Positions 25,756 through 39,828 are shown, counted from the stretch's first letter. The stretch: DNA of 64,000 nucleotides from Eledone cirrhosa (GCA_964016885.1 OZ024740.1:182466001-182530000); one strand, 5' to 3'. Numbers and translations are program-made. Notes: generated by a model not told the origin, from the letters alone.

Positions 25756-26100
25756 GAGGTGCAATGGAGGGACATGGCTTAGTGGCCTTGCAATCGAAAG
25801 GTTGTGAGTTCAATTCTCAGACTGCGTGATGTGTTGTTTCCTTGAGCAAGACACTTTATTTCTAATTGCTCCAGTTTACTCAGCTGTAGAAATGAGATGA
25901 TAGGGATAGGGGTCCATATCATTCCACTGCAAAGTGGTCGTGGAGGTGCCACGGCAAAAGAAAAGTACCCAGCACTCACTGTAAATGAGGTTGGTGTTAG
26001 GAAGGGCATCCAGCTGTAGAAATCATCCAGAATCAGTTCCCGTCCCACCCTTGCAAGTAGGGAAAAAGCGGACGTAAAATGAAATGATGATGATGATGAT
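25756..26100 (+). mobile_element. Full-length CORE-type tRNA-derived SINE with RTE tail (family B)
   Basis: A box TGGCTTAGTGG, B box GAGTTCAATTC, core TCCTTGAGCAAGACACTTTAT, 48-bp module, RTE 3' end and (ATG)n. The paralogous empty site at ~24027 defines the ends. Confidence 0.92.
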
Positions 26101-26560
26101 TGATTGCCTATCATGGCATTTTTGGAGCCTGAGAATGCAGTGCCTATCTCTTCTCCAAGCATCAAGTACCTTACTAAGTTTAGCCCTCCAACAGAAACAG
26201 TTTCCAGGCTGAAAATGTTTTCAGAATGAAATGTGAGTCTGGTGAGAACTAATGTACCCGTCTATCCCTAAGAATGCTGCTACCAGACATCAAGGTATTC
26301 TCTCTATCTGAACACACCAACTACAAAAGTGTCTGCAGTGGCACCCCACTGGAATAGGGAACAAAGAATCAGTATTGCATCATATATATATATAGACATT
26401 TAAACATAGTCTGTTCATGTTCATGTGGTCATAAGTGTATGTACTTATGGCTCTGACTATCTATGGTTATACATTTCTGTTTGTGTATATTTGTCAATGT
26501 TTCAGTATATCTATAAAAGAAAGCTTTTATATCCATCATAAAATGTTTCAATGGACAAGA

Positions 26561-26613
<53 letters not shown>

Positions 26614-27789
26614 GCGTGCATGCGTGCATGCGTGCATGCGTACATACTGCTCTATTTTAGTTTGCTTGTTTGCAACCTCCATAAGATTCTAAATTTTTCA
26701 GATATATTTTATCACTCACTTCACAAGCAAGCAGAAGTGTCTGACCTTAAAATTAACTGTCTTAATCTTTAAGTACTTCAATTATTTTGATTATTTCATA
26801 TTAATTTTTTCACTTAAATTATTCTAGTTATTATATGAATTATCAAAAACTGTTTCTAGTTTTTTTATTTGAAGTACATTTTATGTAAATTTGTATTAGT
26901 TAACTTAATTAATTACTTTAATTGACTATTTGAATTATTTAATATATTGCCTCAAATACACAGGCTTATATTAAACTGAAAATACTACTACAACTAGTAC
27001 TACTAAATTCTTCCATTTCTTTTTGGTGGTATAATAAAACCTTTCCAGCTGCTACATTTCAGCACACTCACTGCATCAGTTCTTTACCAGATAGTTCTGC
27101 ATCTTTTTAATGACTATCTGTAAAGTCTTGAGAGGTATTCCCGATTTGCATTTCACATAAGTGGGTCTTTATCAAATTAACTGAATGTACAGAAAACTTC
27201 AAAGGAAGCTGTCAGTATCATTATATCTCAGTCCCTTACACCTAGTCAAATAATTTCTCCTACACACTTGGCAACTTGAAGTCAGCACAAACAAGATTTC
27301 TACAGCAGCTAAGTCAAATCTATTATAGCTGAATAATCTTGAACCCTGTAGCTCTACATCTTCATCTCTGAATACTTTATAGAATGTGTAGAAAAATGAT
27401 AGATTTAGGAAAGAAATCGAGTGATCTTATGAAGAAATAAATACCCTGTGCACACACACTTACACACACACACACCACCAACATACAGAGCACAAGACAA
27501 TAGCTTTGTCAGAAAGCAAGTCAATAAATATTTTTCATTTGTATTGACAATCTTAGAATTGGTCTCAAATATATTTATCTCTTCGGAGAAAAAAATGAAA
27601 ACTTTCAATTTTTCTTTACTCTTCATAGCAAACGAACTCACTTTTTCATCTTACAAATTTAATTTTGCCTACAGTGGCCATCACAAGTTCCCCTTGATTC
27701 TGGATCTTATCTTATACAATTATATTCATATAACAAATACTAGTTTCACAAATCATTGAGGAATACATCGTCATAAAATAGATAAAAGC

Positions 27790-28650
27790 TATTATGATAT
27801 GCAGGAAGATTATGGCAGTGAAGAACCACTTTATAGAAGGTGAGGAATCAATACACAATAAAGATAGCAAGAGGTGTCATTCAACGTTGACAGTCATGAA
27901 CAAAACTGAGTTAGTGAAAAGGCTACTTGATGAAAAATTCAAATATTTCAAGTAGAAATATTACATTTGAGTTGACCATAAACAAAGTATTATTTTTACA
28001 AAATACTTCATGAATTTCTGAATATGAGTACAATTGTTCATCATCATTTGTTCATCAACAAAACTGAATGTGTTTTGCAAAATCTTTTCATGTTTTGACA
28101 ATGATCCTTAAAAAAGTTTTCAATTTTTCACAAGGTTATTAACACTGATGAGACATGGCTTTATGAGTATGATCCATGAAATAAACATCAATCAATCGAT
28201 TGGCCAGTTAAAGAATCTCCACTTCTCATCACACCCACCCTGAAAGACTCAATTTGAAATAGGGTTAAAGCGTTAGTTTATTACAATCAAAAATGTATAA
28301 TTTATATTGACTATCTCATTGCAGGAAATCTATGGATGATCAATGCTATGTGACAGTAATTGACAATTTTAAGAATAACATTTAATAGAAACAATAAGGA
28401 CAATTATCAAATAGAACTTTGTTTCACCACAACAATGCACTACCCCTAGGCATATTTGCACAGAATTCATTTGTCAAAATCACTTCACAATGCTTTCACA
28501 GTCATCATATTTCCCTGATATAGCAGTGTATGATTTTCATATTCATCCTCAGCTCAATAGATGTTTAAAGGGTTGTCATTATGAAAGCATTGCAGAAATT
28601 AATGATATTTGAAAATGCCATTGGAAAATATATGAATAGATTATTATTTC
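27790..28650 (+). mobile_element. Degenerate mariner-family (DD34D) transposase remnant
   Basis: VINTDETWLYEYDP (~28135, cf. TGDETW), LFHHNNA (~28419, cf. LHHDNA) and SSYFPDIAVYDFH (~28503, cf. YSPDLAPSDF); many stops. Confidence 0.75.
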
Positions 28651-30140
28651 AAATATGCTTCTCATAATTGGCATAAATAAATAGCAAAGTATATAAACAG
28701 CTATGTATACTATAATGAAAAGAAATTAACTCCTCTTCTACTCTTTCTCGGCAGAGTTGTTCTGCTTGAGAATGGATCACAGGTGCAGGATAGTGATACG
28801 GCCACCAGATATAATGGCTAGTTGTGATATAAGGAGGCAAATAAGCAACCCGAGACCAAAGTGGTATAGTGCAATGAGTCACACCTGTAGCTCCAAAGAA
28901 AACTCTCACAATCCAGTGACATAGCTACAACAAAGCAAGTAAAGGCCACCTCTAAAGAAGCCTAGTCTTTGTGGGTTTGACAAAGTACCAGATTGGTGAC
29001 TGGCATGAATAAGACTAGTGAAACTGAAACTGTAATATGATGAGGAAAACGAAGAAATTGACTCAATGTTTAAAATTGGAATTTCTTTGTATTATATGCT
29101 TTACATTATTTTGGTTTCTTGTTTTTTGTTACAATCTTTTGAGGCAACTTTGTACACTTATTCATAAAAACAGTGTTAGTGTATTATACTGTAAGTGGCT
29201 TAGTATTCAACAGACATCTGTAATGTTCTCAGGCAGATCCAGTGTGATATATTGTTTGACAAAGCTGGTCCTTTGAATTCCATCCGATGGGTTTACACAG
29301 ATTCCATCTTGCCAGTTTCATTCACAATGTATAATTTGAGAAGAGGCTACGGTAACAGCATACTTGCTCAGGGGTCCATGCATTGGGATTGGACCCAAAA
29401 CTTCATGATTGCAGAGCAAAGTTTATAAAACTTAAGCCATGCCAATGTACACACAAACACACCAAAATATGTATGTGTCACTATGGAAGCGAATTAGCTG
29501 AATGGACAAAATATTAATTATTAAACCACCAGCTTTGGATTCAATTCTCTTGTAGGTGGTTTGTTGCAATTGTTTTGTGTGATATCCATCATATGCACAT
29601 TTATTTATATGCACAAACAAATGGGTGATATTGTTGTTTAAGTAAGGTATCTGATAGGTAACAACTATGTTGTCTTCTGATATGCAGACTTATGACTTCA
29701 CTCCTGCTAAAGAGGTACCTATTTCTCATTCATCATACCCATTTCTCCCCTTCTTATGATCCGTATTGTCTTCTCTCTAGATATTGCACTAACCTTTTTC
29801 CCCCATATATCAACCTTCTGAAATGTCCTTGCTTATATATTCTGTAGACAATGATATACAGATGTTTTCAGATTGAACAAATTCAACATGCTCGTTTTCT
29901 TTGATTAGTCTTTTTTTAAATTCATTTTGGATCCCTTTCCACCCAGAATTGTAGGAAAGAACAGAATGAACTGAACTGAGTCCATGTACGGAAGAGAGGA
30001 TTGACTTTTGTTTGTCATGGGCAAGACAACCTTTATGGTGCTGGTGAGGGAAATAATGGAGAAAACATAGAGTAAAGAGTGAGGGCTTCAGTGTTGCTGG
30101 CATCAGGTGTTAATATGGCAAAAGTACTCACTGACGAATA

Positions 30141-30320
30141 CAATTATTTCTACTTTTGGCACAGGGCCAGCAATTACCCACTACATTATTGGTACTTTAT
30201 TTTATCAACCCCATAAGGATGAAAAGCAAAGTTAACCTCGACGGTATTTGAACTCAGACCATAAAGGGGCGTAACTATGCAAGAAAGCATGGTGTCCAAC
30301 CCTTTACCGATACTGCTGAT
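30141..30320 (-). mobile_element. SINE family A
   Basis: TTTCTACTTTTGGCACAGGGCC...GGTACTTTATTTTATCAACCCCATAAGGATGAAAAGCAAAGTTAACC...GAACTCAGA. Confidence 0.8.
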
Positions 30321-31604
30321 GAATATAATGTAAAGTAGTTGGCAATGACAAAAATGTAACGCAAGCAAGACTAAGGGAAGTAACACTAAATATACTATGA
30401 CACACTAAGAATTTGCATGACTCTTGTTAGTGTGTAAAAGTGGACATACCCTAATGATATATATTATGTGTGTGTATATATGTTGCTAGGTTCATAGAGT
30501 TGACACATCCCAATCACAATGAAGTTTTTGTTTTTGTGCCAAAGAATAAACAAAAAATACTTCAGCTAAAAGACAAAAACAAGTTTATTTGAATGCCTGG
30601 AAGGAATTAACAGGTGCTATTGCCAACAATCTGCCAGCAAAAGTCTGTCTTCAGTGCAACTTCAGTAACAACTAATAACAAAATCCATGTTTTACCTCAC
30701 TAAGCATCTATATTGTTTATCGACCTGCTAAAATAGCAGTGAGGCCTCAACTGTATTAAATGAGAATGGACACATTGAATAATATGAACTTGGATACACA
30801 ATTTACTTTTACTATAGGAGCCAACTAATGTGAAACACAAACACAAAATACCTTTCAAGACATTAAAGAGAGTCATTGAAGAAATGAGTCAGGTAATGCT
30901 TGATTGTGCAAGAGGGAAAGGTTTTATCACATCACCACAAAGAAGCGAATACATTTATAGTAGTAGTAGTAGGATACACAAAGGGAACATAGAAGGAAAG
31001 AAAGAAGGAAAGAAAAAGAAAATGTAGAGAAGAAAAAGAAAATTGAATCAAGCAATAAATGAAGGTAGAAGGGGGGGGGGGTTGCAGACTCTACTTCCAA
31101 GTTTGAGCAGAGTGTTTCAGCCACACCCCATGGACAAAATAGCAAAGCTATTACCATAGACAATCACCAGAGGCATCTGCTGCAAAATCCACCCCACCTT
31201 ACGAGACACCCTCCGCATGCAGCCTGCCAACTTTCAGATTTTACGGTAACAATTGGATGGAGGTGCTTTTAAGATATTTGGCAATGTTAGACTCAAAAGC
31301 CTTAATAGACCTCCTCTCCATTTGATCATTATTGACTCCTTGTTAGGCACATCCTATCTTGTGGCCAGATACTTTTTTGTATTTTGACCTGTTGAGTGTC
31401 CTGTCTATCCACCCACTAGACATGAGTGTGAGACTCAAGTGTGTTATTTTCAGTTTCATTCCTGATGGTTCAACAATGACACAATGATTGCTAGTAACAA
31501 ATCGGTTTTGGTCTGTCTTCAATTGTAAAGTGATATAACTAAAATATAAATGTCTGGCGTTTTTGTCTATTACTATTACTTTACTAATTTTGCAAATTCA
31601 ATGC

Positions 31605-31621
31605 CCTACTACTGCTACTGT

Positions 31622-31655
<34 letters not shown>

Positions 31656-31872
31656 GTTGTTGCTGCTGCTACTATTAGTAGTACTGATACTACTACTATT
31701 AATAGTTTCTGATTTAGTCACAAGGCCAATAAATCTGAGGGAGGGGGAAAATAGATAAAATCGATTCCAGTGTTTTTTGCAAGAAGAGGAGGAGAAAGAA
31801 GTGGAAGAAGAAGAAGAAGAAGAAGAAGAAGAAGAAGAAGAAGAAGAAGAAGAAGAAGAAGAAGAAGAAGAA
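31605..31872. repeat. (TAC)n and (GAA)n microsatellites
   Basis: Imperfect TAC run at ~31605-31700; long pure GAA run at ~31804-31872. Confidence 0.95.
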
Positions 31873-32148
31873 CTGGATAAAAAGACAAAGAAATTAATGA
31901 GTACGTATAGCAGGTTTCATAAGAAGGGTGATGTTGATAGAGTATACTGAAGGTTGGACAGGTATTATCAGCATGGAAGATTGTGTTCAGATGGAGAAAA
32001 ACTGTTTACATAAATATCTGTCTGAGAGTAATGAATCAAGGCTTAATGCAGAGTTGGAAGAAGAAATAATAGACCAGGGGATGTCCATAGCAGAAGTAAC
32101 TATAAAGAGGAAAAACAACCTGAAGGAAAAAGCCCTTCATTGGAACTA
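31870..32148 (+). mobile_element. R4/Dong-clade LINE fragment (region downstream of the RT)
   Basis: ELDKKTKKLMSTYSRFH..DVDR..GWTGIISMEDCVQMEKNCLHKYLSESNE..KALH resembles the R4/Dong LDRKTRK..DVDRLY..GGRGL.SIED..K.LHG pattern; it abuts a microsatellite. Confidence 0.6.
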
Positions 32149-32254
32149 AAAAGAATTTGGCAGTCTCGAAGAGTTTCCAAGGCTTGCTAAAGAACATTGT
32201 ATTTTGTCCATCATACTATCAAAGTTTTCTAACATAGATACAACATTATAAATA

Positions 32255-35200
32255 CTAGCAGAAGAACTGCCCTTGGGTGGTTTTCTGCTAGCATAGATAG
32301 TGTGTATATTGATATACACAAATATATATATGCCCATAGATATAATACGTAAATTGATAATATGCACATACACTGAACAAAGACTGTGTTACACTTACTT
32401 CTGTAATAAGTAAAGTAATCTATGATACATTTAAAAAAAAGGCGATAACGGAGATGGAAAAGCGATGAAACTGTTGACGGAGAATGTTCATAAATCTTCA
32501 CTTGAGAATAGAAAGCACTATGGGAAGCTTCAAGCAGTGAATTTGAAAATAGATGCTGCTGGTATGAATGAATGAATTACATTTACCAATATGAAGAGTT
32601 GACCATCGCTGTATTGTTGTTTTACTGTATTCACATATAGACTTCTTAAGTTTTTGTAGTGTCCCTTTTCTAGCAGTTAAAAAGAAACTGAAATGTATTT
32701 CAACTAAAAGAGAGTGATAGCTGTTTCACATCACTGTAGAATTTCTTTGTAGACACAATTGTCAACAAACAGACCCCTTTCATTTAATATTTTTATATTT
32801 TCTTTTTTTGTGACTCGTGATAAGGCAACATACATCTGACCATGTGAGAAGAATTGTCTTGGTAGATATACACCTATCTTTTCAAATGTCTGCCCTTGTG
32901 CCTTGTTGCATGTAAGGGCAAAGGCTGGTTTGACAGGAAATTGCTTGTGAGTAAAGGTGAAAGGGAACTCAAGCCCTTGAGATACATGTGGTATCCTTGG
33001 GATTAGCAACTTTGTTCCAGCATTGGGACCCAATGCCACTTCAGCTTCAATTACATGATTATGTAAACTGATGATGTCACCAGATAGTAATAATGTTAGA
33101 CCCCCAAATGGCTTTTTGCAATCTCGAACATATTTGAAGCTCCTGTCAAGGCATTCAAAGATATGCTTATGTCCCATACCTATATCATCAATGATTAGTA
33201 GGTCAGCTTGCTGAATAAGTTTACCTGTGTCATCCCTCTTTGTGAAGAAGCAAGTTGATTCATCAGTCACATTGAGAGGAACCTTGCACTTGGAATGAAG
33301 AGTTTTACCTTTGTGAAGCAAAGTGGCTGCTATTTCAGATATGGCAGTGGCAAGTGCAATTTCTTTTTTTAGATCGGAGGTAATCCAATAGGATGTTTAT
33401 GACATAGGTCTTTCCTGTACCTGTACTTGCATTCAAGCAGAAAATTCTGCCTTCATTTTCATTTACAGAGGTGATTACTTTGTGAAAAATAACCAGTTGC
33501 TCAGGATTCAATGGTGTCAGAAGTTTATCTATGTTTGCTTGCAGTTGGTCATCATCATCATCATCATCATCATTTTACGGCCGCTTTTCCCTGCTTGCAA
33601 GGGTGGGACGAGTCTTATTCAGCACAGCATCTCTCCACTCGTCACGGTCCCTCGTCATCTCCACCATGAGCTTCAATGATCTGAGGTCAGTTCTCACCCC
33701 CTCCGCCCATGTTTTTCGTGGTCTACCTCTACCACGTCTTCCTTCAACTGACATTTCCTGGCACTTCTTCACCCATCGGTCATCCTCCATGCGCATCACA
33801 TGTCCATACCACCTCAGTCTCCTCTCCCGTACACTACATTCTATCCCTCTCAGACACAGTTTCTCTCTAAACACATTTATGCTGGGTCGTTCACGCACAT
33901 TTACACTGCACATCCAACGGAGCATGCTTGCCTCATTTCTCTCCAGCCGTCGCATATCCTCTGCAGTTGCTGCCCATGTCTCACTACCATGCAGCATCGC
34001 GCTCCTCACACAGGCATCATACAACCAGCCTTTCGTACGCAGGGAGAAACCCTTCTTCGTCAACAGAGGAAGCAGCTCCCTAAACTTCTTCCAACCCGTC
34101 CTTATTCTAGGTACTATGGCCTCGGAACGCCCTCCTCCCATGCTAATCTGATCTCCTAGGTACCGGAAGCTATCCACCACTTCTATAGCGCCCTCTTGCA
34201 TTTGAAAAATGTGTCTATCAGTGCGACTTCTACTGTCTAATTTCCCTGTACATCTACTGAATACATATTTCTCCTTACCTGTTAGTTTGCCTGCTATCCC
34301 GCTACATCTCTTGTGTACCCAGGATCTGCATTGTGTGCATTTTATAGAATTTATGCCAGTTCCTTTTCTGCATATCGAACATGGCCATTTCCCTGACGGA
34401 ATCAGGGTTTTGTCCTCTTTTCTACTCATCAACACTTTTGTCTTAGCTAGATTCACTCTCAGTCCTCTTGCTTCCAACTGCTGTTTCCATAGCCAGAATT
34501 TATTCTCTAGCTCCTCTACTGATTCTGCTATAAGAACCAGATCGTCAGCATAGAGAAGTTCCCATGGACAGCCAGTCTTAAACTCCTCTGTTATGTCTTG
34601 GAGGACTATAATGAACAAGAGCGGGCTGAGGACCTAACCCTGATGTACTCCTACTTGTATCTGGAATTCCTCACTAAACTCCATTCCTACCTTGACTTTA
34701 CTGAGAGTACCTCTGTACAAAGTTTGCACTGTCCTCACAAGCCATTCCTCAACACCTAGCTTCCTTAGGGACCACCAGATGACAGATCGGGGTACCCTAT
34801 CAAAGGCCTTCTCTAGGTCAACAAAGGCTAAGTATAGTGGCTTATTCTTCTCTAAGAACCTCTCTTGCATTTGTCTCACCAAGAAGAGGGCATCTGTTGT
34901 ACTCTTTCCAGGCACAAAACCAAACTGCATCTCATCTAGTTTGACCCTTTCTCTAATTAGTTGTGCTAAAATCCTTTCTGCCACTTTCATAACCTCATCT
35001 ATCAGTTTTATACCCCTATAATTGCTCCTCTCCAAAGCATCCCCTTTACCTTTGTAGCAATTTATGGTGTGTATTGAAATTTATTGGTGTGTATTGAAAT
35101 CAGTTTCTGCCATAACAACCCTGTTGATTTCTGATATTGCAACAATAGTTGGATCTGGCCGAGGAAGTCCATAGTTGGCATGAATGTCCAAGCCATCATG

Positions 35201-36125
35201 TTGAAGTCTTTGTTGGATCTTCTGTAGAACAATCTGCATGGTTTGCATGGACATGACTTGCTCATGACGTTCATGCATGATATCCTCTGCAAGACAATTC
35301 TTCCATTTTTCCCAGAACTGCAGAGGGTCATTTGGCATGTGGTACAATACAATGGTGCAGAAGATCTCTTGCAGCTAAGGACCAAGTGTAATGGATGAGG
35401 CCTCTTCCAAAGCTTTGTCTTTTTCTCCATCTTCATCTAAAAGACCAAGTCTTTTGAATGCTTCTTGGAATGCTGGAAATTCAACTCCTCCAATTGTCCT
35501 CAAATCTTTGAATGAAGTTGGCCTAGCCTTTTGATCTAGGATCATCCTGAGGTAGTATAATACAAATTGATGTCTACTGAGAGATACTGTTGGAATGCAT
35601 CCAAGAGATTAACTCATAAATTGTTGATCACCATCCAGATGTCCCTTTTTTCTTCTTTGCCACTTTTTGTTTGTCCAAGTGAAATATTTAGGAATATCAA
35701 TATACAATATGTTTTGTGCCAGTGGATCTCTAATATTCAGTTGAACATATTCCGTCAACTTAGTCATTGGCTGTCCCCTAGAAACAATACTTTCTTCCTG
35801 CCCTCGCTCATACACAACCACTTGTTCCCCAGGTAAATGGCAAGGCAACTTTTCAACTGGCAGTTTTCGATGATGTAATAGAAATTTATAGATTCTCCAG
35901 AATGCTTCACTGCTTGAGATGTCCCGTGCATTGATATAGGTCTCAATCTCATTTTGGGCATGGACACAATTTCCTTGATCATCCTTAATAGGGAAAGTGA
36001 TCTTGTCTGATCCTTTTGTGATGTATTTATATAATAGCCTTGACACTGTGGACAACCTCACAATTGATGTGGCACTGATATCTTAATGAGAGGAAAGAGT
36101 TGTATTTTTGACTATAGAAATGTTA
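32255..36125 (-). mobile_element. Helitron (Rep + PIF1 helicase), 5'-truncated, internally deleted and interrupted by an RTE LINE
   Basis: Rep motifs RYQCHINCEV, LYKYITKGSD, SSSEAFWRIY, HLPGEQ and YYLRMIL (35400-36120). Walker A GTGKT at ~33410-33425. Helicase motifs LLIIDDIGM, PFGG..LLSGD, QFPVKPAFALTCNKAQGQT, HGQMYVALSRV and VYKEIL (32731-33321). 3' hairpin + CTAG|T at 32255. Confidence 0.92.
33550..35066 (-). mobile_element. RTE-clade LINE, 5'-truncated, ORF running into the (ATG)n tail (no 3'UTR)
   Basis: ORFs 34634-35035 and 33575-34618 are one RT frame with one stop (NYRG, DLEKAFD, VHQG, LYADD, FRYLG, RRLRWYGHV, RGRPRKTW). (CAT)n at 33550-33573; TTGGT target duplication at 33545-49 and 35084-88. 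Confidence 0.95.
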
Positions 36126-37404
36126 GCCTGATAGTGGGGGTAGAACCCTGTACAAAATGGAAAAATATGAGTATTGTGTTGAATTGATATTTGGAACATA
36201 ACTGAATGAAAGTTTCATACATAAAATTACAGAAGGTTTTTATTTAAATAAGAAAATTTTAAAATTCGGGTTTTTTATCAGCACCATAGGCGCTCTCAAG
36301 TAGGTTGGTATCAAAAGGTTCGCACAATATTCAGAGATATTCAACATGGAAAATATGTAATATAACTGACTAATTGAACTACAGGTACAGCTCATCCACT
36401 GTGGTTCCAAAATGTTTCCAGCTACCCACTGAATCTTGCAAGTCTTGGATTAACCTGAGGTTATGTTAAAAGACACTTCTCAATAATGCCATGCATTGAA
36501 ACTGAACAGACATGGAACCTCATGATTGAAAAGTGAACTTTTTCACCATTCAGCCATGCCATGTTTCTCTATCTCTATAAATATATAACCATCCAAAATA
36601 TGAAATAAAGAGTCTAAGAATAAATGCGAAAAATGTAGTAAATAAAATCTGATGAAAAGTTTGTCTGGCATTGGACATTGGACAAGATGAAATCATATTG
36701 ATCTGTCTACAATGAAAGAAAATCTGAAAGTGACCTTAAAATGTCAAAACCTGATAGTTTGGGGAATTCTCAATTATCTTGGGGATTTCATTTTTGTTTT
36801 TGATGTTATTTTCGTTGGTCTTTTACTTATTTCTGTTGCCAATTTCTTGTAAGTTTGAAAAGGAATTTTTGGAAATAGAATAAATGTTCGTAAACAGAGG
36901 GAAATTTATTGCCAATCTTATTTAACTGTCATTTGTATGTCTAGAGTGATTAAGTTGAGACAACTTATTTATTTATTTTAGGTATTTTTGTTTGTTTTAA
37001 TTTAGTTGTTCTTGATTTAACAAAACAGTGTCACAGTTGACGCAAATAAAGAGAGATAAAAGAATGAGTGAAAAAGAGGGAAAAATAATAAAGGGAGAAA
37101 GTGAAAGAGAGTAAGACATGAAAACTTTTGCCTTAGAGTTTATGTCGTATTATGTAATTGACATGGTATCATTCGCTTGACTTTTCATTCATCTTGAGTT
37201 GGACTAATAAAAATATAGACCAGTAATAACAGAAATCTGGGTAAGATATATACCAGAATTGAATCAATAGAAATCTGCAAAAAGTTAAAACTTTCCACCT
37301 AAATGTGGCTTACTTTCAACTCTTAAACAATAACTCATTTTACTTGGTTAGCATATGAAATATTTTCATTTAAGTAATGAGGTATCACAAACTATATATA
37401 TATA

Positions 37405-37785
37405 GAGAGGCACATGGCTTAGTGGCTAGAGCATTGGCTTTGCAATCAAAATGTTGTGAGTTCAATTCTCAGACTGGGTGATGTGTTGTGTCCTTGAGCA
37501 AGACACTTTATTTCACATTGCTCCAGTTTACTCAGCTATAGAAATGAGATGCTAGGACTGGGGTCCCTATTATTCCACTGCAAAGTGGTCGTTGATGTGC
37601 CACGGCAAAAAAGCACCCAGCCCACACTGTAAAGTGGACGTGTAGGCGCCACGGAAAAAAAAAGCACCCAGCACTCACTGTAAATGAGGTTGGTGTTAGG
37701 AAGGGCATCCATCTGTAGAAATCAAGCCAGAATCAGTTCTCTTGCTGACGTAAAATGATGATGAAGAAAAAAATGATGATGATAT
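37405..37785 (+). mobile_element. SINE family B (CORE + RTE tail), with an extra 48-bp unit and a tail deletion
   Basis: GGCACATGGCTTAGTGGCTAGAGC...GAGTTCAATTC...; two AAAGCACCCAGC.CACTGTAAA units. Confidence 0.9.
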
Positions 37786-38629
37786 AAACAATTAGTTATT
37801 TAATTTGTTGATTATATATATATAATATATATAATATGTATACAATTTATGTACAAGATGACATGCATTCTTATAAACACATTCCACTGACTATCACAGA
37901 GGGGAATATTTGAACAAGCTTCAATGAAATAGGGTTTAAGATACCATCAATATAAGGTCTAGAAGCAAACAAGTTCTGGGTAGAAAAAACATAGAGTCAG
38001 CAAATTAACATTTCAAAACAGATTTCATGAAAGCCTCATACTTTGCTTTAGAAGAAAATCCATTTACTTTTGATGTGAAATGTATAGACAAACTAACCTA
38101 GCCCCTTTATATGCTAACTCTGTTATGCAATTGCTATAAAAAAAATTGTATCATGAAGTAGGAATGATATTTAGCTAAGTCTTTAAAGAATTCATGATTG
38201 GTTATTGGAAAAGCTTTATCGGCAACAGTTTTATATGGGGGAACAAATCAAAAGGTGAACTACAATAATTTCACATTTTAAATGTTCTCCACTCACCAAT
38301 TAAACTCCCACTAGAAACCATTGAGATTGAACTGTAACTTTTGGATATCTTCATAAAATTATGTAATATGAGAAATACAGCAAACATATTTCATTCAATT
38401 TAAGACGTTTAGACACTTAAGACGTTTAGACAAAAGTTTGAGGAAGATATTATTCCATTTAACAATACATTTATAAAACATATTTGTCACTATTAAGGAA
38501 AACCAGCACTTTCTGTTCCAAAGCACAAAAATGAAAGAGCTAGTGCATGACACCTCATTCCTCAACAGCCAACACCAGCAAAAGAACATTTAAAAACACC
38601 AAACAAGGGCAAAATATATATAAGAAAAT

Positions 38630-39500
38630 ATGTCTAAAATTATGAGGGTAGAGAATGCCACAATTGTTTTATATATATTTAACCTGAAACATACAGTAGG
38701 ATATAATTATATACAGACTGTATCAATAACCATTTCATCTCTCGGACAGATTAGAGATTTAATCTGTTTCGCCCTGAAAATTGTGTTTGTAACAGATAAT
38801 CCATAGGCTTTCCTCAGCAAGAGATTAGATCAAATGAAACAAAACACATCTAACAGGAGTAAATAATATACCTCGTGGGTTGCACGCTATACGTGGTATG
38901 AGTGGTTATGCTAGAAATAATAGCCTTATTACACTCAACTTATAAGCTCACCTAGTTAGGGAGCAGAAAAACAAATAATATACAGAGTTATTAACTCATA
39001 TTGATACCCTGCAATTAACAAGCTCAAAGTATAAATACTGAGCATTATATAATAGGTTGACTTTGCCTTTCATCCTTACAGGGTCGATAAAATAAAGTAC
39101 CAGTAATGTACTGAGTAATTGCTGGCCTTATGCCAAAAGTAGAAACAGTTATATAATAATATATGTAGAAATAAACACAGTAAATTCTGTGCCTAAAATT
39201 ACGAGGGTAGAGGCCACAAATGTTTTATATATATTTAACCTGAAACATAGAGTAGGATATAATTATATACAGACCCTATCAATAACCATTTCATCTCTCA
39301 GACAGATTATCGATTTAATCTGTTTCGCCCTGAAAATTGTGTTTGTAACAGATAATCCGTAGGCTTTCCTCAGCGAGAGAATAGATCAAATAAAATACAG
39401 AGTTATTAACTCATATTGATACCCTGCAAGGTATCAATATGAGTTAATAACTCTGTATTTTATTTTATTTGTATTTCGGCTCCCTAACTAGGTGAGCTTC
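38630..39500. repeat. ~210-bp direct duplication (38630-38835 / 39190-39391) ending in a 36-bp perfect fold-back
   Basis: Repeated CTAAAATTA.GAGGGTAGAG...CGCCCTGAAAATTGTG...TAGATCAAAT; hairpin arms at 39388-39423 and 39430-39465. A truncated SINE-A lies between the copies (~39055-39150). Confidence 0.9.
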
Positions 39501-39828
39501 CAGACGTTCAATCATCTGACAGAAAGGTGTACAATGCTGACGATAGCTAATAAGCTTGAAACTAGTACATGTGTCAGTGTTGAACAAAAGGGCGACCATG
39601 GTTGCCGAGCACTGTACGGCGTAATTCGTGATGTTTGTTTACAAACAAACCGAACATTATAATAAATGTTCGGTAAACCCATACGTACATATATATATGT
39701 GTGCATGTATGTATATATATACATATTACTGTGCGTCTGTACACATATATGTATGTACGCATACATACTTATATTTAGGTATCAGCCGTACTAAGAGTGA
39801 GAAATGAAATTTCGTTTCATTCTTTTCC

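Noticed and set aside
26429-26772. ORFs with HT/CV/IY/poly-His repeats throughout the window
   Set aside because: Translations of microsatellites, not genes.
33531-35021. Long antisense ORFs over RTE and Tx1 copies (e.g. 33531-34151, 51464-51964, 11612-12055)
   Set aside because: Shadows of the sense-strand codon bias, with no independent motifs.
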